Below are positions 12,001 to 25,653 of a stretch of 64,000 nt of DNA, one piece after another. The notes beneath the pieces were generated by a model. That model was not told the origin of the DNA. It made no database searches and worked only from the letters and a program-made list of their open reading frames with translations. A program made the translations under genes and the position numbers. This DNA is from Podarcis pityusensis (lineage: Eukaryota). The DNA is taken from assembly GCA_964106645.2 (NCBI GenBank), contig OZ067045.1. The stretch is one strand, 5' to 3'. The first letter of the stretch is position 1; every line of letters begins with the position of its first letter.

Positions 12001-14889
12001 GATCAAAAGAGGTCCACACAAAGGACCCTCTCTCTCTGCACCAGGGAGGCCTCCAAGGTTGGGCTTGGGTTGGCATCAAGACCCGCTGGGTGTGTTTGCA
12101 CAGCCAGGGCAAGAGAAACACCCTCCTGCCAGCAGAGGCAGAAAACGGCTCCTTTGGGCCTCTCAGATTTGGTCCCGGGCTTCATCAGCAGAGCTTGGTT
12201 TTAAAAAGGAGGGGTGCTGGATGGGCCCCCAAGGCTGCCTCCTTCTGGATGCGAAACTAGTCAGTAAGCTTAACTATAGCAGAGCAGCAATTTCTTAGTT
12301 TGAGAGGGGAAAGTCTCTCTCTGCACATGGCTCAGTGACACTCTGTTCCTGTTTCTCCAAGCTAAGTGGTTCTCGGATTAAGCTCCCAAAACGGCACCCT
12401 GGCAGCATGCCTCCAATGGGAGGGGTGCTCATTAGATGTGGCCGGTTAAGTTTAACTCAGTCCCACAGGAGAGAAAACAAACACTGCAGCCAAGGCACTG
12501 GTCCCAGGAGGCCACACTGGTTGGCACACCCTGCAAGGGAGGTTTTTTTGGTGCGCGTCAAAATAGCCTCTCCTCCTGTTGCCAAGCCTTCTCCCCCAAA
12601 ATGTCAAAACAGGCCACAAATACAGCATCCAGTTCCAGCAGGTTTTGCAAACCCTGTTATCAAAAAGACAAACGCCAGGTGTCCTGTCTTAGGGAGAAAC
12701 ACTGCATTCAGACAACCAAACTTTCAGTGCAGGAACCCTTCCAAGAATGTGGGAGGCTGCCCACCCCCCCTCCCCAAATACATTAGAAATACTGGTCAGC
12801 CTGATAAGGAAAAGGATCCGGCTATCTGCTCCAGAAATATATAGTGACTCCTCCCCTCCGCCATTGGTTCAGATTTGGCACACATGTTTTCCTGGCACAC
12901 CAAAGTGCTCTCATACCTCTGGGCACTCCAGCCTTTAAGTCCCTCAGCCTTTTAGTCACTAACCTCAGAACCCCAGCAGTGGCAATGGGGCTGGGAAGGA
13001 TCAGGCCTCCTCTAGCATCCTCTCTCTTTCTCTGCTTCACAACACTGAGCTCAAAAGCAGCTGTCCCGTCTCCTTGGCTGCAGCAAGTTTGGCAGCTGGA
13101 GTTTTCCTGGGACTGAGAGCGATGGCTGCTGAGTTTAGCCCAAGTGGGGCAGTGGACACAGGGGCAGCCAGATCCTGTTTTTCCCAGTAATATCCGGATG
13201 GATGGAGGATGAAGAGAAAAATCCAAAAAATGTGACACATCAGCAGAGATGAGTCAAGCCAGGCCAGCAATAGAAAACACAGACCCCCTTTGGTGGGGTG
13301 GGGGGGCTTCTGGCAAGGAGCAGGAGGAGGGATGCCAAGTATTCAGCCACAGGAAATGGGGGGTGCTGGGGCCCCTCTCTTGTTTGTGATGGTGGCGGGG
13401 GGGGGGGCAGTCACTGCCTCAAGGAGTGGAGCTGTTCCCTCAGCCAATTCAGTGGCTTCTCCCAATCTGTACTGATATGTCCGGCTGTATCTGTCCGACA
13501 AAGGGCTCTTTGGCTAGTCGGGGGAGGGGGGGAGAGGCAAGTCAATGAAGTGGCCAGGCTTGAGTGAGAGTTGACACTTCACTATCACAAAGAGGGGTGA
13601 TGAGGTTGAAGCTGCCAGCCTTGAGAGGAACCTGCCATAGGCACATTATGAGTCCAGACTAGGGCCACTAAAATAATGTGAAGTGGCCCTAGATTGACCC
13701 TTGCAACCTCTTCCACAATCTTCCCCTCCTCCCCTCAATGCAGCAGCTCAGTTCCTATAAGCTCCCACCACCCAGCGGGGCCCCCCCTCCCATTCCCTGG
13801 TCTCCGCACAGCTCAAACATCTGGTTAATGATTAAAGCAAAGTCAAGAGGCTTGAAGTGCAGGGAGAGAGCAGTGGAGGGGGTGACTCAGGGTGCCAACT
13901 GTTCAGCTGCAAAGTGTAACTGTGCCTTTGTAACAGCGCATTGGGCGGCAGACTTTAGCAGGTGAAAGGACAAGTGGTCTCAGTGCTGTTGGAGGCACAA
14001 GAGCAAGGAAGTCCTGCATCTTCGTAGTCAGCTGGCAGGCTGGAGGAGGAATTAGTTACAAGTGGAAAGAGAAATGGAGTCCCAAGACAAAGGGTGTGCG
14101 CTTGCAATAAGGCCACCAGCTGACAGTCTTCCTGGGGTGCCCTTGGCTCATGCTTTCGTCTCTGCAGTATTCTCAGCTGGCTCCCGACTGCTTAGGGGAG
14201 TCTGCAGCACTCTATATATGCATTATTGCAACTGCTGAAGAGCACCCAACCTGGGAAGCTACGTCCATTTGGCCCCAGCCAGAGCCATGAACAAGAATGT
14301 CCTGGGCCTGCTGGGAATGTGGTAACAGGACTGGGCATTGCCATCATGCTCCAGTCCTCATTGCTGAGACATGTGCTGCCAAGATGGCAGGAGAAAGCTT
14401 TAATGGCCCAAACCCAGGAAGCAACACTGAGCTTTGAAGAAGCCTAGTGCCCTGTGGACTTTATCTCATCTCTTTGATCCTAGCAGGCTTTAAAGGCAGT
14501 GCAAGGTGGAAGAAGGGGGTGGATTTGGACCTGGAGCCCCTTCTCAAGGCCTTCATCAGAGCCAGCTTCAGGTTTGCCTTGGGCAACAATGTCCTCTGAT
14601 GGGCTTAGCTGTGTGCTGGGTAGTAAAATCTATGTACTTTTAAAATTTCACATAGTACCCCAAAGCAACATTAGGCCAGGGGCATTGTTGGGAAATATAA
14701 AAGCTGGATAGACCCTATTGCTGTGCTCAGAGTGCTCCCCCACCCCATCAAAATTATGGGAGGTCCAGGGCAGGCATCAGCAGTGGACCATGCCAAAGTA
14801 CTGCAATTCTGGAAGCTGCCCAAGGATGCTAGATGCTGACACAGAGTCTAGCATTCAGCGCTGGGACACATGGAGTCAGCAGCCCCACT

Positions 14890-15489
14890 GTGGAGTCAGC
14901 AGTGGGATGGGGTGTCTACAAAGGCTAGTGAAATTCTAGGTTGCATCAGCATGATAGCATCCAGATCACAAGGAATGGTGCTGTTCCATTCTGCTGTGAC
15001 CAGGCCTCATATGGAGAACAGTGTTAACTTCTGGGCACTGGAGCTTAAAAAGGATATTGACACATTGGAATGTGTCCAGAGGTTGGGGTTGGGGTGGGCA
15101 AGCAAGCAAACTAACAAGGGGAGGGACAAGAGGACCCCTTTCTTCCTAGGTCTTTAGGTTGAAGCAGCTGAGTATATTTAGCCTGAACAAGATACAATGA
15201 TGACTACTTTCAAATATCTGAAGGGCTGTCACAGAGATGGGGCAAATCTGTAGGACTCCTGAAACAACAGATTCAAATCACATGAAAAAGGATTTTGCCT
15301 TATTAGAAAGAACTTCCTGATAACGTGAGCTATTTGGAACAGGCTGTTTCAGAAGGTGGTGGACTCTCCTTTGTTAGAGGTTTTAAAGCAGAGGTTGGAT
15401 GGGATGCTGAAGCAATGGGCATCTTTGCACTGAGCAGGGGTTTGAAGTGGATGAGCTTCAAGGTCTCTTCCAACTCTATGGTTCTGTGA
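14890..15489 (+). mobile_element. 5'-truncated CR1 LINE (RT C-terminus plus 3'UTR)
   Basis: SQQWDGVSTKASEILGCI...HSAVTRPHMENSVNFWALELKKDIDTLECVQR resembles CR1 ORF2; ends in TTCCAACTCTATGGTTCTGTGA. Confidence 0.88.
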
Positions 15490-18268
15490 AATAGCTATGG
15501 CATCATTGAACACATACAGAGGGACACTGCTGAGTAACTACAGTCAACTGCTACACATTTGAAAACAATGGCTCCCTAATTCCAAGGGTTAGAAGGGTTG
15601 CAGAAGTTAAGTAGGACCGGAGAGGAGGAAGGTGGCTAGCTTGTTCTCCGGCTGAATTCTAGCATCTGAGAGAACTCAAGTCTGTGCCCAAGACGCAAAT
15701 TTGAGCATGCTTGCACTGAGCTAACAGGCCCGGATCGGTTCCTCTCCCTACATACAAGCAAACACATGAACACACACACAGAGAAAGAGCAGAATCGGGG
15801 TGGGGGGAGATTTCTCCGCTACCTTCCTTGTGAAACATGGTGGAGAACCTCAAGCTAAGTGGCTTCTAAGCCAGACACAGAAGCCGTTCCTCTTTCTCCA
15901 GTGATCAAAGAACTGGGTCGCCTGGATCCCTGGGTGGGAAGACATTAGAGATGGGGGTGGGGTGGGGGAAGGCTGCTCGCCATGGCATACTCACCGGGCA
16001 CACGGAGAAGAGGGACGCGGGAGCACCAGGGGTGCCAGGAGGGAAAAATGGAGCCCCTCTGCCACGGAAGGACCCCCCTGCTCCGTCCTCTTGCTTGGGA
16101 ATGAAAAAAGTCAGAGAGGCAAAGATGGGGTCTGTTTTCCATTAACGCTGCTGAGCAACAGGAAGTGGTTGAGAGGGGGCTGGCGGGTCAGAGCTCCCCC
16201 CCTTTCACCCACACAGAGGGAGCGAGAGCAGGGATGGCTGGATTATTTTGATGGCTAACCTGCTTCAGGTATAACAAGCAAAGGAAAGCAGGTGCCGTCC
16301 CTTAAACAAAAATGGCCACTGGAGTACACAACAACAATAATGCGTATTGAAATTCCATGTGGATGGGAGGGAAGGAGGATTAAATATTCCAGCTGGAATA
16401 GTTGGCATGTTAATTTATTTAAAGATATGCAGATTTGAGGAGCCTGTTGGTTTAACCTTAAGAAATAGAATAGGCTGAGAGGCGGGAGAACAAGAGACAC
16501 AATCCCTACCAGGACAGAACAACAAGTCCTTCATGGGCACAAACTGCAGCTCCCTTTGGCTACAAGGATCCAGCTCTTGAAGGTGTAAATCCAGAGACAG
16601 CATGGCTTTCACACATTCCCATATCTCCTGCTCTGGTGTTCATGGGCAGGCCTGCAAACAGCCCCTGTGTGTCCTGTGGAGTTTAAGGGTGGATCTGTGC
16701 CAGGGAATGACTCGAAATGGGGGACCCCTTTAGACCAGCTGACTCTGTGTTATCAGGGGTGGAGAACCTCAAACCTGGGTCTGAATGTGGCTGGGAGTCT
16801 TTTGCAGGGCACACTCCTTCTCCCCAAGGCCACAGCCCTCATCTGCCTGGCTCAGCACCCTCCTCAACTGCTTTTGCCTGGCTAGAACGTGTCTACGAGC
16901 TGTGTGATCATGCCTCCTGCTTGCTTGGATAGAGGGAGAGGTGTGGGTGTGTGGCTAGAATGCAGAAAGTAGGAGTCACCTCTGCTGCTCCACCCACTCT
17001 TGCCTCTGGCTCCGCCCACCACTGGCAGGTGACTCCCAGAAGACATGCTATGGGCTGAAAATTCTCTTCTCTCATTCTTTCTGCTTCTCAGCCATTTGCA
17101 GGTCCTGCCCAAGTGTTGCAGAGACGCCCACCCATAAATCCAGTCCCCTCCCCTACCTCATTTATAAGCTGCTGCTCTCCCAACAAATTTAACCCAAATT
17201 ACTAGATCTGGCCATTCCCTTCCCTTCTCACTGGTATCCTCCTGCAGCTGCTGCTCTCTCTTTCTGAGGCTGTTTCCTCCACAAGACTCTTATGTGTTCA
17301 ATCACGTGCAACTTCTACTTGGGTCGAGGGAGAAGAATTTGTAGGCATTAGTCCAACCAGGGTTTAGAGGGTGCTCCTTAGTCCACTTCTATTACCTCAA
17401 AGAGCAGCTGTGCCAGCAGCACAGTCCATTTCTGTCCACCCAGTCCCACAGGGAAATGGGGCTGGAACTTAACCCTGCCTCCTTGCCTAGATGCCATGTC
17501 CTCCAAATCCAGGGGGCAGGAGAGTGGGGCTGGGCTTATTGAGCTGTGAGAGAAAAGCATGCACTTGGGAGGGGATGGTGGACACTGGCACTGGGAAGCA
17601 ATGGCAAGTGGCGAGGAAGGGGAAATGCTGCGTCCTCAAGGGCTAACCCCAACCTCTGAAGAGCTCTCCCCAGCCACCCCTTGTGGGCTGGCTCCATCTC
17701 AATCACCTTCACTGTACAAAGGGATTTCCAATTATGCTAAAATAGGTCCCCAGTTCCTCAGTTTGGCACAAAGTTGCACAAGCAGTTTGCCAACCCCAAA
17801 ACAAGTTTGGGGCCAACCTGTTGGGTACACAGCCCCCCATCTCTCCTTGTTTTGGGGTGGGGGTGCAAGAGACCCTCAGGGAAGCTGCTCAAACAAGATG
17901 GGAAGCCCCAATAGAAAAGGTCCTTTCTCCTTCCAGGTCTTGTACTGGGGAGTTGGGGGGAAAGCACTGGCAGAGACTTTCCCACCCCAAATCTTCCTTT
18001 GCAGGAAGGGAAGGCTGCTGCTGCAGTTGCAAAGGGTGGAGCTTCCAGGAGGGACTGAGGCCCAGTCAGGGCTGCATCCAGCGCCCAACCCTCAGGCGCC
18101 CTCTTGTGCCAAAAAGAGGGCCAGGCATTAACTCAGCAGTGGAAGAGTCCAGCCTGAGGCCCTTGCTTGCCCTCATATCCCTTTCAGGGGAGCAAGTGAA
18201 GGTGCCACACTGGGAGCCCCAGTCCTTCCACTGACTTCTCTTCAGGCCCTTGTTGCAGCACCCAATGC

Positions 18269-18712
18269 AAGAAGAGCCTGCTGGATCAGGCCAGTGGCCC
18301 ATCTAGTCCAGCATCCCTCTTCTCCCAGTGGTCAACCCGATGCCTGTGGTAAATCTGCAAGCAGGACCCAAGCACAAGAGTATTCTTCCCTCCTGTGGTT
18401 TCCAGCAACTGGTATTCAGAAGCATTGCTGCCTCTGACGGTGGAGGCAGAGCGTAGCCATCTTGGCTAGTAGCCTTCTCCTCCGTGAGGTTGTCCAATCC
18501 TCTTTTAAAGCTATCCAGGTCAGTGGTCATCCCTTCCTCCTGTGGGAGAGAGTTCCACAGTTTACCTATGTGCTGCATAAAGATTCTTTTATCTGTTCTG
18601 AATCCTCCACAGCTTTTGGCTTCGAATGTGTTATGGGAGAGGGAGAGAAACTTTCCCCTATCCACTTCCTCCATGCCACACATTTTATAATCTTCTATCA
18701 CATCACCTCTTA
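18269..18712 (-). mobile_element. CR1 LINE 3' fragment
   Basis: MIEDYKMCGMEEVDRGKFLSLSHNT...FRTDKRIF...LWNSLPQE...LDSFKRGLD is a CR1 ORF2 end. Confidence 0.88.
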
Positions 18713-18975
18713 ACTAATTTCTTGCCACACCAGCAGTGACCGGGGGGGGGGGGGGGCTTGGGCTGGGCTTCGGCAACTGACCTAGCCCTGGCAGCAGGCC
18801 TCAAAATCACCATCACTTGCAGGGTACACCTCAGCAGTGCCCCTTTGTACCAGATCACTGCAGAGGATCCTCCGGGGCCCAGAGAACATAGAGAGGGCCT
18901 GCACCTGATTGGCTGGAAACCCCAAGTTCAAGCACGGGGGGGGAGCTATACCAGGTGGTGGAGTTGCGCCCAATA

Positions 18976-19227
18976 CAGTCATACATCAGGTTACAGCCAC
19001 TTCAGGTTGCGTTTTTTTGGGTTGAGGACCGCCGAAACCTGGAAGTACCGGAACAGGTTACTTAAAGGTTTCAGCATTCGCGCATGTGCAGAAGTGCTAA
19101 ATCGTGCTTTGCGCATGCGCAGAAGCGCGGAATCGCAACCCACACGTGCACAGACATGGGTTGTGAATGCTGCGGGTTGCGAATGTGCATCCTGTATGGA
19201 TCATGTTCGCAACCCGAGCATCCACTG
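18976..19227. mobile_element. Tc1/mariner (Tigger-like) MITE with TA TSD
   Basis: TA|CAGT... ...AACCCGAGCATCCACTG|TA; imperfect TIRs. Confidence 0.7.
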
Positions 19228-19621
19228 TACCCTGAAGCAGGTGACACCAGGTGAGAGGAACAAATTAACAGTCAGACTGATTCTACGTGGCAGCTGCGTG
19301 CAAAAGAGGGAGCATCCAGCCTAGCATAGGGGTGTCAGCAGCATGCTGTTGGTTTTAGACTGGGGTCAATTTCAAATCTACCCACCTCCCTGAGCCAGAG
19401 CACTCCCTGAACTAGTCATCCATTGGGGCTAGCCTACCTCACAGGGCTGGTGCAGGAGATGTCCCGCCTCACGAGCTCGCTGCAATGTGGGTCAACCACA
19501 GTGTTACCGAGGCAGAGGTGGGTTAACAGTGCCTTGTTGGACTAGAAACTCTAGCTCACTTTCCCTTCAGCCCTGCTGTGAAGGTTCCTGGATTTTCTTT
19601 GCCAGGCCATTTTTCACCGTG

Positions 19622-19802
19622 AAGGTAAAGGTACCCCTGACCTTTAGGTTCAGTCACGAATGACACTGGGGTTGCGGCGCTCATCTCGCTCTATAGTCCG
19701 AGGGAGCCGGCGTTTGTCCGCAGACAGCTTCTGGGCCATGTGGCCAGCATGCCCAAGCCGCTTCTGGCGAAACCAGAGCAGCGCACGGAAACGCTGTTTC
19801 AC
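19622..19802 (-). mobile_element. Sauria SINE 3' half
   Basis: Reverse complement of the 3' half of the element at 8733-9084, including the ACCTTT tail. Confidence 0.88.
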
Positions 19803-20198
19803 TGTAGGGCTGCCTAAATGTCTGTGTGCAGATGGAGTCAGAAGCGGGTGGCAAGGGAGAGATCTGAGAGTGTCTTCCCCTTCCCAAGTTGAGTACCAGC
19901 TTGTGCCCTCTTGGGTTTCGCTTCCTCAATGGTGAAGTGGTGCTTCAGAGGAATTTTGAGTGTGTTAGATAAGACAGACCAGTGGAATTCTCTCCCAGCT
20001 GGAGCTCAACACATTCCTAAGTAGAAGAGTTTTAACTACCACAAGCACCCATACCACCAGGGCAGAAAGGACATACCTGACTGCCGGTGATAACACAGGT
20101 GTAGAACATTGGTGTTTGAAAAATGAGTTGCACAAACAACTCAAGGGATGCTCCTCAGGCAGCGGGGAGAAGCCCTTCGCTTTGACTCACTGCAAGGC

Positions 20199-20204
20199 TT
20201 TATT
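20199..20204 (-). terminator. STK40: Probable STK40 polyadenylation signal (3'UTR about 3.35 kb)
   Basis: Minus-strand AATAAA at the end of a transposon-poor stretch following the stop codon. Confidence 0.6.
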
Positions 20205-20497
20205 ATTTGAGACACATTATATTCTGTCTCCTTGGACAACTCAGATTTTGCACCCAAACTGCAGGCCTTGCATAAGTTACACAAAGTGATCCCATGTGCT
20301 CAACCTCCCCATGTGCAATTCGTTCTAACCTGTGGTCTCACATGCAGCCTTCCTTGCCTCCAGCTTCCAAGATTTCTGCAGATATTGCCTACCTCATTCC
20401 AAGCACATCTTCAAACGCATGAGAACTAGCAGTTTCTGTAAAAATGTTTAAAAGCTAGCAAAATAATTCTCTTGAAACAGAATTCTGTTTTCACACG

Positions 20498-20498
<1 letters not shown>

Positions 20499-20569
<71 letters not shown>
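20499..20569. repeat. Compound (CT)n(CA)n microsatellite in the STK40 3'UTR
   Basis: Directly visible. Confidence 0.95.
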
Positions 20570-20571
<2 letters not shown>

Positions 20572-23549
20572 CTTGGCTCCAGACAAAAGTCGCCAGCACC
20601 TTCCAACACAATACAGATTTAGTTCTACATTATGAAATTTTATTGCTGACATGCAGGAATAGTTGGATGTAATACAAAAATAGGTCTCTATACAAATTAT
20701 CTTTGCAATTTTTTTACAATAGGATCTTTTGTCTCTGGTGTCTCACCCGGCTTGTAATCCACAAAAACACAACCCAGACAGCTCACCCCAATTTCCACAC
20801 ACCCTCACTCCCCATTTCCTTTCAGTTTGCTTTTCATCACCATGTCCAGAGTTGGGCGGAGCACACAGCTTGACAGCCTGTCGAGTATTGCTATGTTTTT
20901 TTTGAGGATGGAGAGAGTCCCAATGCAAAACACACAGCCAGCTCTGCTGGGGAAGATGGTCAGTACTGGTGAAGGGGAGATGAGAGAAAGAAAGGAAGCA
21001 GAGGGAGCAGAGTCTGCCCTGCCTGAATTCTGAGAGGGGAAGGAAGAGCCGGCCCTGCCCAGGGGGCTTCTATTGCTACTGACACAGGAAATATTCCAGG
21101 CAGAGGAGAAGTCCACAGAAACCGCCTGCTTGGGAAGTGGACTAGAAAGTTGTCGTGAAAGCTGGCCCACACCTCGCCTGTCATCCTACACTTCTCCTCC
21201 CACCTTCCAATACTGTTAAGAAAACATGTCAGCTGGGACTGCAGCCCCATAGAAAGCTGTAGGTAGGACTGAGGGGAACTGCTAAGGGTCTGTCTTCAGC
21301 AGAATAGTTCGTTTTGGAGATGAGCAGGCCCTGCTCAAGCAGGACACCTCGCATGTGCTTCCAGATGACAAGATGGGCAACTCAGTTTTTTGGAGTTGGG
21401 GAAATATCTTACCCGCCGACTGAGGGATTCCTCCATCTTGTGGGCTATGATGGTGCTGCAAGCAACAGTCCCAAAAACCACCAGGGAGGCTGGGCCCCGG
21501 GACACAAGATCCAGGGGTGTACAGCAACTGGCTCACCTGGAGAGGTTTGGCCCACAGAAGGGGCTGTGACATGGGAGCCCAAATTTACTGCCCCCACCTG
21601 GGCCAACAAGGGGTGCCATTAAGCTTGTTAGCATTCACCAATCCAGTTTTGGCTTGATCCACAGAGCTAATGCCTTATAGACAGGTTTATGCTGTGTTTC
21701 TTGGCGAGACTGCATGGGGGGCTGGTGACCTTTGAGGGGTTGGTTACCGTCCATCCCTAGCGAGAGAGCAAAATAAACTGTTCCTGGGTTTCCCTAACTC
21801 CATCCCTGTTTCCCAACTTAGCAACGATGAGAAAGCCAGAGAACCACCAAAGCAGAGTCTGCCCGACAGAGGGGAGGGGAGTGTAGATCAGGCACAGAGG
21901 TTCTGCAAGGAAGTTTTAACGTGGTTGGTTTTCTTCTTTTCTCTTTTTAAACAGATTTGCAGAATTCTTTTGCAGTTCTTGTCAGTAGAAAAGAATTCCT
22001 TGTGCTGAAGTCAGATTTCAGGATCTACAACCTTCGCTAGTCCTCCTCTTTGCACCATGCAAACACATTCATGCTAAGGGAGGCCGTTGTCCTCGGCTGG
22101 TTCATTCATCTCAGGGCCATCCAACAGCCCCACTCCAGCCAGACTGCAGAGGTCTTAAGCCAACTTCCTTCAGGTCAGTGTCGCTTCCTGGATACTGCAA
22201 TGCTGCTTCTGCTGGCATCCAATGGTTCAACAGGGTGGGTGGGGAGGGGACACCTCACATTTTGAGACAATTTTTGAAAGGGTGATGAAGGCTGACCGGA
22301 AATGGGAAGGGAGTGGAAATGGGGCAGCACAGCTTAGGGAGGGTTGCTTGAGAACAGCTTATCTGGCAAGAGAGGCATCCAGTTCCAACAAACGAGGCTC
22401 AGAAATGATCCAGCCCCGTCCCAGCAAGACCTGCTGTTTGCACAGCATCAGGGGAACACTCCTGCCCACCCCCGCAAAAAATAATAATAAATGTCATGGT
22501 GGGGGAATTGTCTGTGACAAGATGGCAATGGCAAGACAAAGCAAAGAGCACATAAAGGAGTGGAGACCAGCAGGCATTTCTGAACCTGAGACAGCCTGGG
22601 GGGCGGGGCGGATAGGGGACAAAACAAAAACGAAGCAAGCAAACCCTTTTCACATTTTTCACAGATTTATCCCTTCAGCCGTACCAGTGTGGGTGAGGAG
22701 GAGGCAGGGAGAAATGTCAACAGAATTAATGCAACGTTACTGCACCTTTCAAAAGCTACCATTTAAAAAAGAAAGGAAGACAGAACAAAACAAAAACCCT
22801 CCCAGGATATCCCCAAATAATTAAAGTGTTTGGAAAAGGGAGGTTTGGGCCCTCAGAAAAGCTACATTTTTTAAACAGCCCCTGGTTTGGAACTCTTTCC
22901 CCAGGTCAGAATCTGCAGAGTGAGGCTTTCTCACGTGGAGAGAAGCTCGTAGTGGAGGCAACCCATTTGCTAAGCCTGTGGTCACACAGAGGGCCCGAAA
23001 CCAACGTTTACACAAAATATATTCAAACCAGGTGTTAAATTAAAAATAGAACAAAGGGGATGGGGGAGAGGGTTTAAGAAATAGTTACTTTCATGAAACC
23101 CACCAGGGGGGAGGGAAGAAAGGAGGGGGAAATGATTAAGCTTATTCAAACCAGACAGAGCGAAGCACGGCCCACGTGGTCTCCGCAGCAGTCCAACGTC
23201 TGCGTCAGAAAAGAAGCCTGCGGGGGCAAACATTGCCAAAAAACGCTCCTCGTTTCAGTCCAGAGAACAGTGTGGTTAAAAAGAGGCAGAGAGGTAGATT
23301 TCAGAGTCATGATTAAAAGCAGATTAGCTGTCTAGGTGTGGAGTTAAAATCCGCCAGCCATTTCCCCAGACAGTTGGGGTCTTTCCCCTGCTGCCCCCTC
23401 CGGGGTCGGGGGGCAAAGCCCAGCAGGCGAGGCCCACTGAGCACTCAGCACACAGGGAAAGACTGCTACATTGTGAGGGATCCTGGGACCTGGCTGTCGC
23501 TGTCGCACGCCCCGTCGGGGGCAGGAGACCCACGGTGGGGTGGGAGGAG

Positions 23550-23768
23550 CTACTTCCGAAGGTAGCGCTGTGCAAGGATGGCCGCGTCCAAGGGGTTCAT
23601 TGGCTGGGCATCGTGGCCCAGGCGCCGCACCGGAGGGATGTTCCCAAACTGCCGCTTTTGGAGGAAACTCTTGGCCTCATGGAGCGTGTTCTTCTCCTCG
23701 GCCAGCAGCAGCTGCTGCCTCATGTAGTTCTCAAACTCGTACTGCGAACACTCCTCCGTCACCTTCGC
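23550..23768 (-). CDS. STK40: STK40 last coding exon
   Basis: 219 nt, AKVTEECSQYEFENYMRQQLLLAEEK...DAAILAQRYLRK*. Total CDS 1302 nt = 433 aa. Confidence 0.97.
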   Translation of the reverse strand, partial: AKVTEECSQYEFENYMRQQLLLAEEKNTLHEAKSFLQKRQFGNIPPVRRLGHDAQPMNPLDAAILAQRYLRK

Positions 23769-24749
23769 CTGCAAGGAGAAGCAGCCCTGTTAGAAACCAC
23801 CGGGAAGGTAGGGGCCAGACCTGCTTGCAACAGCATCCCCCCCTTCCCCCAGCATTTGTACACAAGCTCACTGCTCCACTGCACACACCAGGGAGCCCGC
23901 CAGGCACGTTTTCTGCACTGACAAGTCGCTTCCCACCCCTCCATGTTCAAGCACCTGGGAATCCCAGATTCGTTCAGAGCAGTGGGCATATGACTTGAAA
24001 GCAAGCTATGAGAGGCGGCAAAGGTCTCTGCTGCAAGGAGCCGCCAGATTTGCAGCACTTGAACACAACCTGGGGGCTCTTAATATTTGGCAGGAATGTC
24101 CTCAAACAGTCCAACTGCCAAAGGGAAAGCAGGAGGGGCCTGGAGGAAAGGCAGGTGGAGCCAGCTAAGAAGGGAAGGGGCCACCTGCAGGTGAAGAGGG
24201 AGAAAAAGAGGAGGCCAAGAGACCAGCTGAATTTCATGGACAGGCAGAGGTGATTGACTTCAGATCCCCAGTAGCATTTAATAATACTTAAGAATCTGAA
24301 TTAAAATTGCAATTGGGTTTTAAAATGTGTTGCTATCTCAGAAAGCTTTCTCAGCAAGACATTCGTTTTCCCCAGCCATCACTTCTCATCAGCTGGGAAC
24401 CAACTGATGGAAAAAGCCCCCAAGGCCAGCAGAGACAGATGCTGCTGGGTACCTGCTCTGCCCTGCTTGTTTCATTTCTGACTAAAAAACAGATCACACT
24501 AAATGTCCTCACAGCTTCTGTCTGAAAGACACACACACACATGCACACCAAAGAGTTCCCATGTGGCTCTGGAAGCAAAATCTGGGATCAAGCCACCTGA
24601 GAATGGGGCTTCAGAATGGAGCGGAGCTCCTTTGACCCTCCGCACAGCTTGCAGAAAATATGCAAATCAAGCAAGACACACCATCCAATCAGGCCGCAGA
24701 GCCCGCCTCCCTCAAGGGCAAGTGGTCCCACTCAGCAGGCAGGTCTTAC

Positions 24750-24834
24750 CTCGTGTGCGCTTTCTGGACTGGCCACCTGGTCGTCTATGTCAGGGACCAC
24801 TTGCAAGGGCCCGCTCAGCAGGGACATGGACTGC
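24750..24834 (-). CDS. STK40: STK40 exon 10 (COP1-binding VP motif)
   Basis: 85 nt, QSMSLLSGPLQVVPDIDDQVASPESAHE. Confidence 0.95.
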
Positions 24835-25653
24835 CTGCAGGAGAGACAGGCTGGTGGGTCAGGAAGCGGCACATTTGTGCCAACCTTAGAGGTGGCCTAA
24901 GCCCCCAGTTGGAAGACGGCAACCCTCACACACTGCACCCTTGCCCACCCACCCACCTCACCATTTCTCAGCATGTGAAGCAGCAGCACAGGACCGGGGT
25001 GGGATGGGGGCAACATGGTGTAAAGGTTATTATGGATGCTTCTTTATCAGTGGACCGAAGGGTCAAGTGCTGTAGGCACTTGTTCATCACATGCTGCAGG
25101 CAGTTGTTCCATCCCCAGGATCCTTTTGACTGTCCTTTGACAGCTCTACAATATATTTTTAAAGACCTGGTAGTCAGAACTGTAAGAGGTCTTCCACAGT
25201 GCCCACTGTCAAGAAAGGCAAGCCTTTCCCTGGGCTGGACACTGAAGGACACAAATGGGGTGCTTCCATTTAGTTGAGAAGTAAGTAAAGGTGGCTTCTC
25301 ATGCTTGATTCAGTACTTGGGTCTTGGTAGCAGGGTATAAAACTTAGCTCAAGAAGATGCTCTTCTAGCAAAGGGAGCAAGGTGAGGAGGAGGGTGAAAT
25401 TATGCCGCACCCACCATTAAGAAACAAGAGACATGGCCCAGGGTGTTCCTTCCCAAGAAGTTGAGACAACACTTCCTGTGTCTTTTGGCCAATGTTCAAA
25501 GCATTTACAAAAGACTCCTCCACCCAGCCTTCCCAACAAAGCTCACTCCTTTACCACAGGCCAGCTTTGGACTGGAGGGGTGAGATGGGCCTTTGGCTTG
25601 ATCCATCTGCAGGGCTCTTTGAAGGATTTTATCCCCTTCCACCACACACTCAC

